63,748 nucleotides of DNA, filler included, from Pirum gemmata (GCA_002812295.1; 19 parts of 19 records of this genome joined end to end with filler, not necessarily neighbours in it), one strand, 5' to 3'. Positions 27,373 to 43,793 are shown, counted from the whole stretch's first letter. Notes: generated from the letters alone by a model not told the origin. Numbers and translations: made by a program.

Positions 27373-27508
27373 TGGACGATGGACGATGGACGATGGACGA
27401 TGGACGATGGACGATGGACGATGGACGATGGACGATGGACGATGGAGGATGGAGGATGGAGGATGGACGATGGAGGATGGAGGATGGAGGATGGAGGATG
27501 GAGGATGA
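27373..27508 (+). repeat. 7-bp microsatellite (ATGGACG/ATGGAGG)n in an ASL intron
   Basis: Directly visible. Confidence 0.95.
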
Positions 27509-27563
27509 CAAAAAAAGAGGATATACATGTGCTTAACAATAAAAATGGATTGAAGAAAATTAC

Positions 27564-30425
<2,862 letters not shown>

Positions 30426-31746
30426 CTGTATATTCCATTTTTTATAGAAAGAAATTTCAAAAGAAAAGATATGGTTAATTAACAAACTAAATTACGACAC
30501 ATATTGGCAGAAAAAGAGCCTCGAGATGTATTAAGTCTAAAAATCATTTCAGTTTGGTAATAAATATATACCTAGCCCTTCAATATGAATATAACCTATT
30601 AATTCCAGCAAATATATCAAGACAATGAAAATAATTATATNNNNNNNNNNNNNNNNNNNNNNNNNNNNNNNNNNNNNNNNNNNNTTAATTAATTAANNNN
30701 NNNNNNNNNNNNNNNNNNNNNNNNNNNNNNNNNNNNNNNNAAAAAGTTTATTTTTTAAAAAAATAAAATCTACCAAATAAATATTATATTGGTACAAAAT
30801 ATTTAAAACAACACTATTTAAAATATAATTGGATTTTTTAAAAACGAGAAATCAAAGTTTTTTCCTACCAAAATACTGGTATTACAGTCTTCACTTTGCT
30901 GCTCCTTCCACAGATATAGTGCCCACACCTTAAAACGCCTAACTTTTATATGGATATTTTATTTATATAATTTTGAAATTTTCTCTTTTCAATTTCAATT
31001 TCAAACCTATTTTTTTATTAGATTCGATTAATTAATAACTATTTTGTTTTTCTTTTAATAAATATATATATATATATGGTAATAATGGTAATGTTTAAGC
31101 GACGTGGTCTAATCTAGATTTTTTTTAGATAAAAAATTTAAAACTATTTATAATTGGGTAGGTTTTACTGAAACATTGGGCTTGTTTTTGAAACATATTA
31201 ATTATAAAAACTTGCCAATTAAACTAAATGGCTACCGTTTGTTTTTATTTAGGTAGCGTTTTTTTTTTAGCGCGATAAAGCGACAAATCTACAAATCTCC
31301 ATCTCTAGCCAGCTACAATAGACTAGATAAAATCATAAGAAGATTTGAAGTAATACTTTCCGAAAAATAAATTTTCGAACAAACATTTTTTCCGGAACTC
31401 AACGGATGGATAAAAAAAAGTTTCATCAAATTTAATAATTATAATAATGATTCCCGGTTTTTTTTTCTTCCGGAAAATATTTTTAAAAAAGCAGGACAAT
31501 ACCCCGGGATTTGATTTTTTTTTTTTTTTTTTTCAGTCGTTCAAATTCAGCCCTTTTTTTTTTTTTTTTTAAATTTTTTTCTTTNNNNNNNNNNNNNNNN
31601 NNNNNNNNNNNNNNNNNNNNNNNNNNNNNNNNNNNNNNNNNNNNNNNNNNNNNNNNNNNNNNNNNNNNNNNNNNNNNNNNNNNNNNNNNNNNNNNNNNNN
31701 NNNNNNNNNNNNNNNNNNNAAAATAGTAGCTACTATTCATAGCTAT

Positions 31747-31848
31747 ATAAATACTATTTATGGTAACTGCGAAGTGGCGAATAGCCTTCCACTTCACCCC
31801 TCGCCCTTAAATGTTCGCAAAGGGGGTGCTCAGTGCTCACCCCTCCTC
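31747..31848 (+). repeat. GC-rich ~100-bp dispersed structured repeat (second copy inverted at 57358-57456)
   Basis: Near-identical reverse-complement pair; contains the stems GAAGTGG/CCACTTC and ACCCCT/AGGGGGT. Confidence 0.85.
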
Positions 31849-31877
31849 TGTAGTCTATTGGTTGTATGATGAACTTG

Positions 31878-32050
31878 TATCGTGCTTTTCAGTTATTTTG
31901 TCGTCATAAAATATACAATAAATAATGCCAAATTAATACAATATAAGTCCATTTAATTTAATTTGGTACATTTTATTATATATTTATTTACTTAAAAGTA
32001 TCAATTTAAATATTATAAATAACCAAATAAATATTCGGAGTGACAAAACA
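31878..32050 (+). mobile_element. MITE family B copy
   Basis: tatcgtgcttttcagttattttgtcgtcataaaatatacaataa...aaataaatattcggagtgacaaaa. Confidence 0.75.
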
Positions 32051-32642
32051 CAATGTAAACTCTATTATTATAAATTTTTTTATACTTTTTTTCGCAATTT
32101 CGATTTGAACTCTTTTCAACCCTTTCGAACCGAATATATGTATTTATTATAATAACAAAACCCAAATTGAATATCTATAATTTCAAATCTTAGAAGCGAA
32201 ATGTCCGAAAATTCTTTAAATACCAAATATAGTAATATTATAATAATTATAAAATTTTTAAATTATTTTATAATTATTATAATATTACTATGTTTGGTAT
32301 TTAAAAGTTATTTAAAGATTAAAAAATAATTATTATTTTAATAGTAAAATATATTGAAAGTATGACATCATTTGTAGTAATTTTGTAGTAATTACTATGA
32401 TGTCATTTATAATATTATGACGTCATTTCTAATATTATGATGTCATTTATAATAATATAATTCTGATAATGTTTAAGTTACCTAATACAGTAATACCTAC
32501 GTTTTATTGATCAGATCGGCCAGTTAGTGGTCCAGTTGCCCAGTAGTAGCGGTTAGATTTAGTTAGTCTTTGATCTCATGGAGGTTTTGCAGGCGCTTGT
32601 AGGCGGTGGGTTTGGGAGTTGTATCGAAACAGGGGGGGTAAG

Positions 32643-33215
32643 CCCTTAACCCTAACCCCTAACCCTAACCCTAATTATAACCCTAACCCTAACCCTAACC
32701 CTAACCCTCACCATAATTATAACCCTAACCCTAACCCTAACCCTAACCCTAACCCTAACCCCTAGTAGTAATAGGTTAGGGTTAGGGTTTAATTTATTTT
32801 ATTTTTTAATTATGTTTCCCTTTGCCCTAACCCCAACGCTAACCCTAACTCTAACCCTAACGCTTACCCTTAGGAACCCTAACCCTAACCCTAACCCTAA
32901 CCATTAGAAACACCTATTAATTAATGTTCCAGAGAATTATATATTATTTTTTTAAATATAATATTAATATTCCACAAAATCGAACCCAAAACCCAAAACC
33001 CAAACCCCTAAACCCTAACCCTAACCCTAACCCTAACCCTAACCCTAACCCTAACACCCTAACCCTAACCCTAACCCTAACCCTAACCTTAACCTTAACC
33101 TTAACCTTAACCCTCACCCTAACCCCAACTCCAATTATAACTCTAACCCTAACCCTAACCCTAACTAACCCTAACCCTATTCCTATCCTCTAGCTAGTCT
33201 GCTGCCCTAACCCTT
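32643..33215 (+). repeat. Interstitial (CCCTAA)n telomere-like arrays
   Basis: Directly visible, interrupted by AT-rich spacers. Confidence 0.9.
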
Positions 33216-33366
33216 GCAAATTATTGATATTAATATCGTATTATTATTAATAATACCAAAAAAAAGGGTATAAGGCTCGGTGAACAAGGCATCGAACATA
33301 TATAAATGCAGTGATCGAAAGTTCGAATTTGATTGTAAATGTATTTTTCTGCATTTTTCATATTAT

Positions 33367-33530
33367 TATAGTGCTTTTCAGTTGTTTTGTCATCATAAAA
33401 TAAACAATAAATAGTACCAAATTAATGCAATATAAATCCATTTAATTTAATTTGGTATATTTTATTATCTATTTATTCATTTAAAAATGTCAATTTAAAG
33501 ATTATAACCCTCCAAATAAATATTCAGAAT
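33367..33530 (+). mobile_element. MITE family B copy (right end lost)
   Basis: gtgcttttcagttgttttgtcatcataaaa... homologous to the other copies. Confidence 0.7.
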
Positions 33531-35924
33531 ATTAATGGACCTTATCCTGATTGTGATCTTACCTCTGGCTCTTTGCCCAAAACACTTTTGGTCATAATTT
33601 TAAAGTTCATTTTAATAATTAATTACCTGCCCAAAACAGTTTAAGTCACACTTTTGAGCAATAACTTTTATCAAAGAATAAGTGACGTCCTTTAAATATA
33701 ATAGCTATTCTACGTTTTGTTCTGCATTTCTTTAAATTTAGTTTTAGAAAGCAATTTCAGGTTTAGTTATTAATATTAATATAATTAGTATTAATACTAT
33801 AGTAGTATTAATAGCTAGCTCTTTATTAATACTAACTAATATATGATAGTTAGAGAGGGTTAGGGTTAGGGTTAGGGTTAGGGTTAGGTTAGAGGGTTAG
33901 GGCTAGGGTTAGGGTTAGGTTAGAGGGTTAGGGTTAGGGTTATAATTAAGGTAAGGGTTAGGGTTAGGGTTAGGGTTAGGNNNNNNNNNNNNNNNNNNNN
34001 NNNNNNNNNNNNNNNNNNNNNNNNTTAATTAATTAANNNNNNNNNNNNNNNNNNNNNNNNNNNNNNNNNNNNNNNNNNNNATAATAATAATATGTGGGTA
34101 GAAGGTCAATGTAACAGATATAAAGTACAAGATATAATAAAAAGTATAATAAAACACAAAATTAAAGATAATATAAACCCAGCCTATCTATTATTTATTA
34201 AAATAGTTAAAGAAGGCAGAAGATCTACACAACAACACAACTTGATTATAATTATATAATTTCAGCTGTAGCTGTGTTTTACAGTTCACAGGTACTAACT
34301 GAAGTATATGATAATTTTTTTCAAGTTCATAAAATCAATCCTTCTAATTATTCTGAAAACAAAAAACATATTAGAACTACGCTATTAATTTATAAACTTA
34401 GCAGAAAAAGGTGATTTTAATTATCACAATATAAAGAAACTAAAAGAAAACACAGAAAAACAACTAAAACAAAACAAGAAACTAAAAAAATTTAAAAGAC
34501 AATGTAATAATAATATTATATAAATAACGAAAACAATGATGACACAGTATGACACTAAAATTATATATTTTTTTTGGAAGCCGGATAAAAACTCTAGCCA
34601 GAGAGGGGTAAAACTGCAGGATAAAACTGTAGAAATCTTTTTTTGCCTTCTTTTTTAAAAAAAATCTTTTTAAAATGCTAACTATGATAGCCAAATTATT
34701 TTTAAAAACTAGCAATTGGTTCATAATAGAGTTTTCTTAGCTAAACGATTTCTCAACATTTGGTAGTACTTAAATTAAAATTGGATTATTTTCAAGGAGT
34801 TCAAGAAAAAAAAAACTCTTGGTTCATTTTGCAAAAAAAACAAAAAAAAATGGTTCATTTTGCAAAAAAAAAAAAAAAAAGTCCTAGAATTTTATTTTAT
34901 AAAAATCGGAAACTTCAGGTCCACCAGTCAGAAGACCCAGAAGTCAGAACACCTTTTAGAACACCGAGTCAACTGCCGAGTCAAGTGAATAGGTGAATAA
35001 TACAGCTAGCTAGTAGAGTACCCTTATTGGTCCCTTAGTTACCCGTACTAAACTTACTAAACCATATTCCAATAGCTAGCTAGACCTTATCATACTGCCT
35101 TATCATAAGTAGCTATCAGATAGTCTGCCATCTGTCTGCCATGCTAGCTACACTAGCTAGCTAGTAGTCGTAGTCGTAATCCTACTAGCTATAGTCGTAA
35201 TCCTATCATAAACTGGAATTAGTTTATATAGGTGTCTATGATAGGAGAGTTTTTTTGTCAAAAGTTTCTACCTTGGTATGTAATAATATATATAATTGTA
35301 TATGCACATGTGTGCCAATTTGCCAAACCCTTGAACCAAGCCAAGGACTTCAAAAAAAGGTTCTTTTTTTGAAGTCATTGACCAAGCTAATATCGATATA
35401 TCGATATATATAGTATATATGATATGATATATCGTATTATATAAGCTACCGGTAATGGTCCGGTATCGATAATATAGAGTTAAAAAATATAGCTACCAGG
35501 GTACTACTGTGCTATCAATACTATGGTGCATCACACCTATGACTTACCAACTTTTGGGTGATTTTCAAATCCTTATTTCTCGATGAAAAATCCCTCAAAA
35601 CAAAAAAAAAAATTTTTTTAAAAAAAAACAGGGTAGGGGAATTACTGTAATCGATCACGATAAAACTCGGGATTTAGAATCAATCTTTAGCTCAAAAGAA
35701 AAGGTTTGATGGCGCACCCACCAAAAAAAATAAAAATCGATTTTATTTTTTTGGGTGGAAATTTTTTGACCTCTGTTCGAACCTCACGAAAAGAAAAAGT
35801 TTGGTGGCACTCCTTCCCTCTGATCGAAGGCTCAATATAAGTAATTACATATGATCGAACATATTAGTGTCAATATTCGAGCATATATTCGAACCATAAT
35901 ACAATATATTATAACAATACGAAT

Positions 35925-36378
35925 TATAATACAATACAATACAATATCATACAATATAATTAGTACAACACAACACAACACAATACAATACAATACAATA
36001 CAATACAATACAGTATACAATAAAATGTTAATACAATACAATAAAATACAATAAAATACAATAAAATACAATAAAATACAATACAATACAATACAATACA
36101 ATACAATACAATACAATACAATATAATACAATGTTAATACAATTAATGTATTAATATACAATACAATATTTTAATACAATATAATACAATACAATGTTAA
36201 TTAATACAATACAATACAATACAATACAATACAATACAATACAATATCACTACAATACAGTATAATACAATACAATACAGTAATATTAATACAATAAAAT
36301 AAATACAATATGATCATACAATATATGACACATACAATACAATACAATACAACATAATACAATACGATACGATACAAT
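35925..36378 (+). repeat. (AATAC)n microsatellite
   Basis: Directly visible. Confidence 0.9.
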
Positions 36379-36663
36379 ATAATATTAATATAATATTATA
36401 TTTCGAACATATAATATTAATTATGTTTGAAATTTCGAACATATAATATTAATTATGTTTGAAATTTTCAAACATAGTCTTTTCAAACATAGTAATAATT
36501 ATGTTCGATTTTTCGAACATATACTATTAATTATGTTTCCCGCCGAACGTTGGTAGTTTTTAGGTATAATGCACCATATGTATCGTTTGTCTTCCGTTTA
36601 GAAAAATTACATACACAGTCTACATAAATTAGCCAATGCATGTGATTTATAATACGGTTAATA

Positions 36664-36698
<35 letters not shown>

Positions 36699-36876
36699 CA
36701 GGTATCCAGTAAAAAAGTGAAGATAGAGCCACATTCCTGGAGTCTAGCTAGCTACAGTCTAGCTACGCTGGAAAATGCTGGAAACTCTAGCTAGCTAGCT
36801 AGCGGGTCTATGTGGGGCATTGTGGCACTATTGTGGCCCAATTTGTGGGGTGGCCATATTAAATATGACATCAAAA

Positions 36877-37028
36877 TTAATTCAAATCGAATAAGTAGAC
36901 TAACGTATTCTACCCAAATAACGTATTCTACCCATAACTTGTTATTCGTTTTTGGATATTAATTCAAATCGAATAAGTAGACTAACGTATTCTACCCAAA
37001 TAACGTATTTGTTATTCGTTTTTGGATA
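36877..37028 (+). repeat. ~80-bp direct tandem duplication
   Basis: attaattcaaatcgaataagtagactaacgtattctacccaaataacgtatt..ttgttattcgtttttggatat occurs twice. Confidence 0.9.
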
Positions 37029-37506
37029 TAGATATCATAGAGCCATTTTTTACTGCCTTTTGCTACTTTTTTAGACTAATTAAAAAAGTTAAAAAAATGA
37101 CAATATTTTCAATTTAGGATTTTATTTTTTTTATTTTTTTTGACGAATGTAATTTATCATTTATTTATAAAAGTATTGTAAAATTATGGTAAAATTCAAG
37201 AACTTCAATTAAAGCAGTATTAAAGCTCTTGTAAAATCGTATCATAGCATGGTAGAATTTTTTTGTAACTTTGACAATACTAAAGATAATAATAATAATA
37301 TTATTAAAATAATAATAATAATTAATAATAATAACAATAATATAATAATNNNNNNNNNNNNNNNNNNNNNNNNNNNNNNNNNNNNNNNNNNNNTTAATTA
37401 ATTAANNNNNNNNNNNNNNNNNNNNNNNNNNNNNNNNNNNNNNNNNNNNACCACTTAAGTCATATTTAAACAACAACAACCAACAACAACAACAACAACA
37501 ACAACC

Positions 37507-37564
<58 letters not shown>

Positions 37565-37642
37565 ACAACAACAAACAACAACAAACAACAACAACAACAA
37601 CAACAACAAACAACAACAACAACAACAACAAATAACAACAAC

Positions 37643-37674
<32 letters not shown>

Positions 37675-37681
37675 CCTATAC

Positions 37682-37744
37682 CTGTTCTCCATCTCTCAGA
37701 GTAGTATCGAAAACAATGAGTGGCAATTTCTCCGCTGCTGTCAT
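37682..37744 (-). CDS. leuA: First exon of a DRE-TIM metallolyase, most likely 2-isopropylmalate synthase (LeuA type)
   Basis: ATG at 37744; MTAAEKLPLIVFDTTLRDGEQ followed by a GT donor at 37681. DTTLRDGEQ is the alpha-IPM/homocitrate synthase signature. Confidence 0.8.
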
Positions 37745-39479
37745 TTTAGTATACTTCAAAAATCTAAGATATAGCAAGAGGGAAAAGGTCGTGGGTTACT
37801 ATAAATAAAACACCCCAGTGAACGAAGTTGTGTGTGTGTGTATTTTTCTTGTTCTTTTGTTGAAATGAATAATATTATTTTAATATTTTATTTATGTATA
37901 GATTACGTGATATAAATAAAATTTCATATACAGGGTTTGATAACTGTTCCAAAACAACTTTATTTTATTTCAGTATGATATTTATACGGTTAAATTTTAT
38001 CAGCTAGACTCAAGTACAAGTAGCTAGCTAGCTATCATAGTAGTCTTAGTATCATAGTAGCTAGCTTGTCCTAGCTAGCTAGCTAGCTAGGGTTAGGGTT
38101 AGGGGGTTAGGGTTAGTTAGGGTTGCGGGTTAGGGTTAGGGTTAGGGCTATGATGCTTGTTATCAGATAATGATAGTTCCCAAAAGTGCGATAAAAAAAA
38201 AGGAGATGAAAAAGAGGTCGACATAATATTATGATATTACAACTGCTCGAGTTGTTATTATTATTATTATTATTATTTCGAGCCTTATCTCCTATCATAA
38301 TATTGGTAGTTATATTGGTTGTTATATTATTATAGTAAGTAATAATATAATGTAATAATGTTATTTATGATAATAATTTTGATTGAAATAATTATCGATG
38401 AAAATCGAACTGATAACAAAAAGAATTTTTTCGCATTTTCCTAAAGTCACCTTTTTTCTCTAAATTCCTTGTAAAAAAAAATTTTCGATTGATGATGAAA
38501 CTACTATGATATATGAAACTAATTATAACTATGAAACTGTACTAGAAAGAAAAAGTAACTAAAGACTCTATTTTTTATTAGTGATACTACTATTACTATA
38601 TATTACTAGTTATTACTATTACTTACTAATATTACTATAAATATCACTATTATTATTAATATTACTATTAATTGATATTTTAAAATATTATTATTAATAC
38701 TATTACTATTGCTACTAGTACTTTACGTATACTACAATAATAAATAATAACTATTACTATATATAACATTACTATTACTATTAATATTACTGTGCATGTT
38801 ATAATTACTGTTACTGTTACTGTTACTGTTACTGTTACTACTATTGTTGCTGTTATTGTTATTGCTAGTTGTTACTGTTACTATATTACCATAGCGCTAG
38901 CTATAGTACATATTGTACTATTACCATTACCTTATGCGTTACTATTATAATTACTATTACTAAAACTGTATAATATTATTACTGTTATAAACTATTATTA
39001 ATACTATATAATTTTATATCAATAATATTAATTAATTAATATCAATAATTACTATTACTATTACTATTACTATTACTATTACTATTAATATCAATAGTTA
39101 TTACTAATACTGTTATTACTATTCCTATTATTGATAATGCCGGTACTATTTCTATTTTTATTATTACTATAAAATATTTATTATATATATTATCGACTAC
39201 TATAGCTAGTATTTACTAATATTAGTAATGTTAAATGGAATTGAAATATCATGGTGCTATTGCTGTTACTATCAATTTTCAAGTGTTCTTACAATACTAT
39301 TTTAAAAATATAATTAATACTAAAACCAAAAAAAATAAACACAGTAAGTTAGAAATTATTTTTTTATTTATAATAAACAGTAATAAACATTATAATAGAA
39401 TATATAATATATATACTAACTGTTACTATTACTATTACTGTATATAATGTAATACACTAGTATACTGTTAATTAAAGGA

Positions 39480-40425
39480 CAAGAGACCAGATACAATACT
39501 TGTTTTACTTAGCTAAAGAAAGTCTTCTTTTTTAATCTTTCTGTTCTTTGTGTTTTTTAATAATTTATTACTGTTTACGAGTCAATACTGAAGTATTTTG
39601 AAAATCATTTTCATCATCATCGATTTTATTTCTTGAAGCCCGACAGGCAAATTAGAAATTATTACATTTATTTATTTATTTATTATTACTAACTATTACT
39701 ATCAATGTATAATGTAATATTATAATTATTATAATATTATTATTAATAAAATACAAGACCTCAAATACAATACTTGTTTTGCTTAGCTAAAGAAAGTATC
39801 CTTCTTAATTCTTTCTGTTCTTTGTGTTTTTTGATTGTTTACGAGTCAATACTGAAGTGTTTTGAAAATCATATTCATCATCATCCTTTATATTTTTTAT
39901 TTCTTGAAGCCCGGCAGTAAACACTTTTTCTACGGAACTGGCACCGGCAGTCATAAAGTTTTTTGAAAATCATATTCATCATCATTCTTTTAATACTTGT
40001 TATTTCTATAATATATAGCTAATACTAGTAAATAATATCATTAGTACTATTACTGTTAACGCTACTACTAAGTACTATTACAATACTATTGCCAAAAACA
40101 AAAAAGACAACTACAGCAAATTAGAAATTATTATATTTATTTATTTATTTATTATTATTGATTTAACCGTTACTATTTCAATGTATAATGTAATATTATA
40201 TTATTAATAAAATACAAAAGCTCACATACAATTCTTGTTTTACTTAGATAAAGAAAGTCTCCTTCTTAATTCTTTCTGTTCTTTGCTTTTTGATTGTTTA
40301 CGAGCCAATACTGAAGTGTTTTGAAAATCATATTCATCATCATCCTTGAGGCTTTTTATTTCTTGAAGCCCGGCAGTAAATACTTTTTTGAAGAAGATTA
40401 AGGAACTACTCATCTCACTCATCTC
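39480..40425 (-). repeat. Tandem triplication of a short coding-like segment (AGLQEIK..DDDEYDFQNTSVL.RKQSK.KEQKELRRRLSL.K) with flanking DNA; the downstream copies are degenerate
   Basis: Homologous blocks at ~39495-39645, 39765-39930, 39955-40005 (partial) and 40225-40422; a 60-aa ORF is intact only in the last. Confidence 0.8.
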
Positions 40426-40805
40426 ACTATTAAAAAAGTTATTACTATTATTATTATTATTATTACAGCTAGTACAACAATATTGCTTTTCTCTTTCTTA
40501 TACTCGATCAATGCTTTGATTAGGTTAAAAATTTGTTTTCAATTAGAATATTGATGATTTTATATAATTATACTAAAATAACCAACAAAAATAAAAGTAA
40601 ACCTAAACAGTTCTTTCAGTTTACTTAGCTATAGCTTACCCTTATTATTATAAATAAAAATTATTTTTTTTAATTTTTCAATTTTTTTTTTTTTTTTTTT
40701 NNNNNNNNNNNNNNNNNNNNNNNNNNNNNNNNNNNNNNNNNNNNTTAATTAATTAANNNNNNNNNNNNNNNNNNNNNNNNNNNNNNNNNNNNNNNNNNNN
40801 TCTAG

Positions 40806-40849
<44 letters not shown>

Positions 40850-40850
<1 letters not shown>

Positions 40851-41945
40851 TTAAGATTAGCGTTGAACATAAAACATTATCTAACAAAAACTCACGCAAA
40901 GTCTCTTTCTCTTTTCCTTTTTTTTGAAAAGAAATTTTGATAAAATCATTTTTTATTAGTAAGTATCTTATTAGATATTGTTTCATAACATTATTAGAAT
41001 CATCCAATACTATGTCTCTATTATTATTATAAATTATATATATCATAAATCATAAATCATAAATCATAAATCATAAATCATTAATCTTTGTTAAAACCTT
41101 ATATATATATTGGAATTACGATTAGCAGTAGGATTAATGATTGGGTTAGGGTTAGGGTTAGGGTTAGCTTTAGGGTTAGGGTTAGCGTTAGGGTTAGCGT
41201 TAGCGTTAGGGTTAGGGTTAGGGTTAGGGTTAGGGTTAGGGTTAGCGTTAGTACCTGGGTTCTTTGAGCCCCAATAGCGAAAAAAAGCCCTACTGTTATC
41301 GCTTTCCAAAGCTTGACTATAATATTATCATTAAATCCAGTACCTAGGTAATAATTAAGTCGATGTCGAGAATTCCATTATTTAGCAATGCATAATGAGT
41401 CAAATAAACTAAAAAGGGAATCTATTTCCTCTAAGTTTTTTTCAATAATTAGTTGGTATTCTTCGTACCTTAACCATTTACCCTTTTTTTCAAGGTGCTC
41501 CTTTGAGCTGATTACCCGTTGTCTGTCCTTGGTTTTTCGCTCATACTGTTTCAGTAAATTCTTTAATACAATAGTTACTTTGGCTGTTCTNTTATTTTTT
41601 TTTAGTTTTTTTTTATATTAATTTTTGGTTATAAATATGCTCTGTGTAACTATCGATAACATTAAAATAAGTTGTTAATATTATCAAAAATTTAGTTATA
41701 GTACCAGGCGCGTATTCCCTAGTTTCTAGTTTTTTTATTTTTTTCTTTATATGACCAAAATAAACTAGAACTTCAAGAAAACACCCTGGAGTTGTCATGC
41801 TTATGGATTTTCTTTCAGTCGTTTCGTCAACTCCCCCCCCTCTCTTTATAAAAGCAGTTCCATTCAATCAACCCAATAATATCAGCAATTAGCTTTGGGT
41901 TAACTGGTGTCACGGCAATAGTTTTCTGTTTTTTTTCTGTTTTCT
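40850..41945 (-). pseudogene. Decayed gene, possibly a tyrosine recombinase (Crypton/YR-element-like)
   Basis: Fragments YAPGTITKFLIILTTYF, SKEHLEKRGKWLRYEEY and [24 protein letters not shown], with in-frame TAA codons, a poly-G frameshift and a telomere-repeat-filled GT-AG intron at ~41254-41098. Confidence 0.4.
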
Positions 41946-42020
41946 AAAATTTCGGTTTTTATCATCATCATCATCATCATCATCATTAATTAACATCATC
42001 ATCATCAACATCATCATTAT

Positions 42021-42053
<33 letters not shown>

Positions 42054-42182
42054 TATTATTATCATCATCATCATCATCATCATCATCATCGTCATCATCA
42101 TCATCGTCACCGTAACAGTAACCCTAAACCCTAACCCTAACCCTAACCCTCCCTCTCATCGAAATCCAAATAAAACTCTTTC

Positions 42183-42462
42183 TTTGGATTAATGCCTGAA
42201 ACTATTGTGTATAACATGCCCCCAAAAGCTAAACGTGGTATACAAATGGCCGTAAGCCAAATTAAAACTAGCAAAAAGGTTGCAAAAAGCAGAATACATG
42301 CATGTTGAACGAATTATTGCTGTTGCTAAAAAAAAAACAAATTTTAAAACTGATGAAGTAACCTTTCAATTAGGTGATAATATTATGTATACTGTCATTG
42401 TACGAGTTTGTTTTTACCTAAGTAACTTTCAAAATAGAATTGTTTCTTATGCAGCTTTGTAA
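42183..42462 (+). pseudogene. C-terminal fragment of a Harbinger/ISL2EU-type DDE transposase (DDE_Tnp_4)
   Basis: YNMPPKAKRGIQMAVSQIKTSKKVAKSRIH/HVERIIAVAK...IVRVCFYLSNFQNRIV fits the 'IPPF...Q....V..TR.IA..RIHVERAI...VC..L.N.Q' pattern. A CATG duplication at 42297-42304 shifts the frame. Confidence 0.75.
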
Positions 42463-43793
42463 CATACATAATATTATAACGTATAGCATAATGTTATGTA
42501 TGTATGTATTTGATTACTTTTAAAGTAAGGATATTATAAAAAATATTCAATATAAAATATAATTGCTTCAAACTTTAAATACATATTTATAATACATATA
42601 ATTAAGTTCTTACATAGTTACAGTTGAAATGAACAACTATTTAATATACTTTACCAGTTAATGAAAGTTGGTGAATTGGTTGAAAGTTAAATTTTGACTA
42701 CTGAAAGTTGGTAAGTATTGAAAATCTTCAATATTTGATTAGAGGCCAAATCATTCCAGTCACGTAGTATAAAAGTAAGTTCTCCATTGATTACAACAAT
42801 TTATTGATTTCGTGAAGTTTTTTTTTTAAAAACATATTTGACTGCAAAGTTAAAAACAATTTTTTTTTTTTTTTCATAAAATTAGATTTACTTTTTTTAA
42901 AAAAAAAAATTGGAAAAAAACCTTTTTTAAAAAAAAGATTTAGACTATAGTCTAAGTAATTTATTATAATAATATTAGTCTATCACAATAATAATTTATT
43001 ATTATACAAAAACGTATCATACCATTCACTATGATAGCTACTAGCTAGCTAGTAAGAGTCTATCATGGGTTAGGGTTAGGGACATTAGGTTAGTTAGGGT
43101 TAGGGTTAGGGACATTAGGTTAGGGTTAGGGTTAGGGTTATGGTCCACTACCATAGGCCGTTCTACAGTTCTACTAGCTAGCTAGCTTGTACCACTATCG
43201 AAGTATCGATAATAATCGATACAGCTATCGATACTATCGCCACACTATCGCACTACTATCGCCACAGTCTATCGCCACAGTTATCGCCACGCACTGATAA
43301 AAAAATAGTTTATCCGGGATAAAATTCCACAAAAATAGTCTGGAAAAAGCATCAGTTTACTATCAGTTTCTTTTTCAGTTCTTTTTCACTATTTTTTAAT
43401 AGTCTACAAAGTATTCATATAAAGTAAACACCCAAATGTGCTGACTAGGCCTAACCCTAAGGTCCCTAACCCCTAACCCTGGAGTGGCCCAAAATAGTCC
43501 CAAAATACGTATAAATAATAATAAAAAATTTTATAAAAGCTCTTTTTATGTATGACTCTATATATCGATATTATTATAATAATATTATCATACTCTATAT
43601 TATAATTATTATAATAAGAGCTCTTTTATAAATAAATAGTTTATATTAAAAATTTTTAATTGTATGATTATATTCTTGTGTTAATATTCTAGTAATAATA
43701 TTATCATTAATTTTATAATAAGTGTTATTTTTAAGTCGTGCAAAGAGAAAAACACTTTATAATATTATCAAACGGTAAAAGAAAAAGAAAAAT

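Noticed and set aside
30865..30930. Possible small minus-strand exon bounded by AG and GT
   Set aside because: No recognisable protein motif and the frame is ambiguous.
32578..32643. Possible first exon MEVLQALVGGGFGSCIETG followed by GTAAGC
   Set aside because: Too short, with no recognisable homology and no downstream exon identified.
34081..34530. Coding-like A-rich stretch
   Set aside because: The forward frames I translated contain multiple stops and no identifiable motif, and the ORF track shows no substantial ORF here.
41370..41620. In-frame TAA codons suggesting a reassigned genetic code
   Set aside because: Intact genes in the window end in TAA, TAG or TGA and have long stop-free frames. 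The region also has a frameshift, so pseudogenisation explains it.
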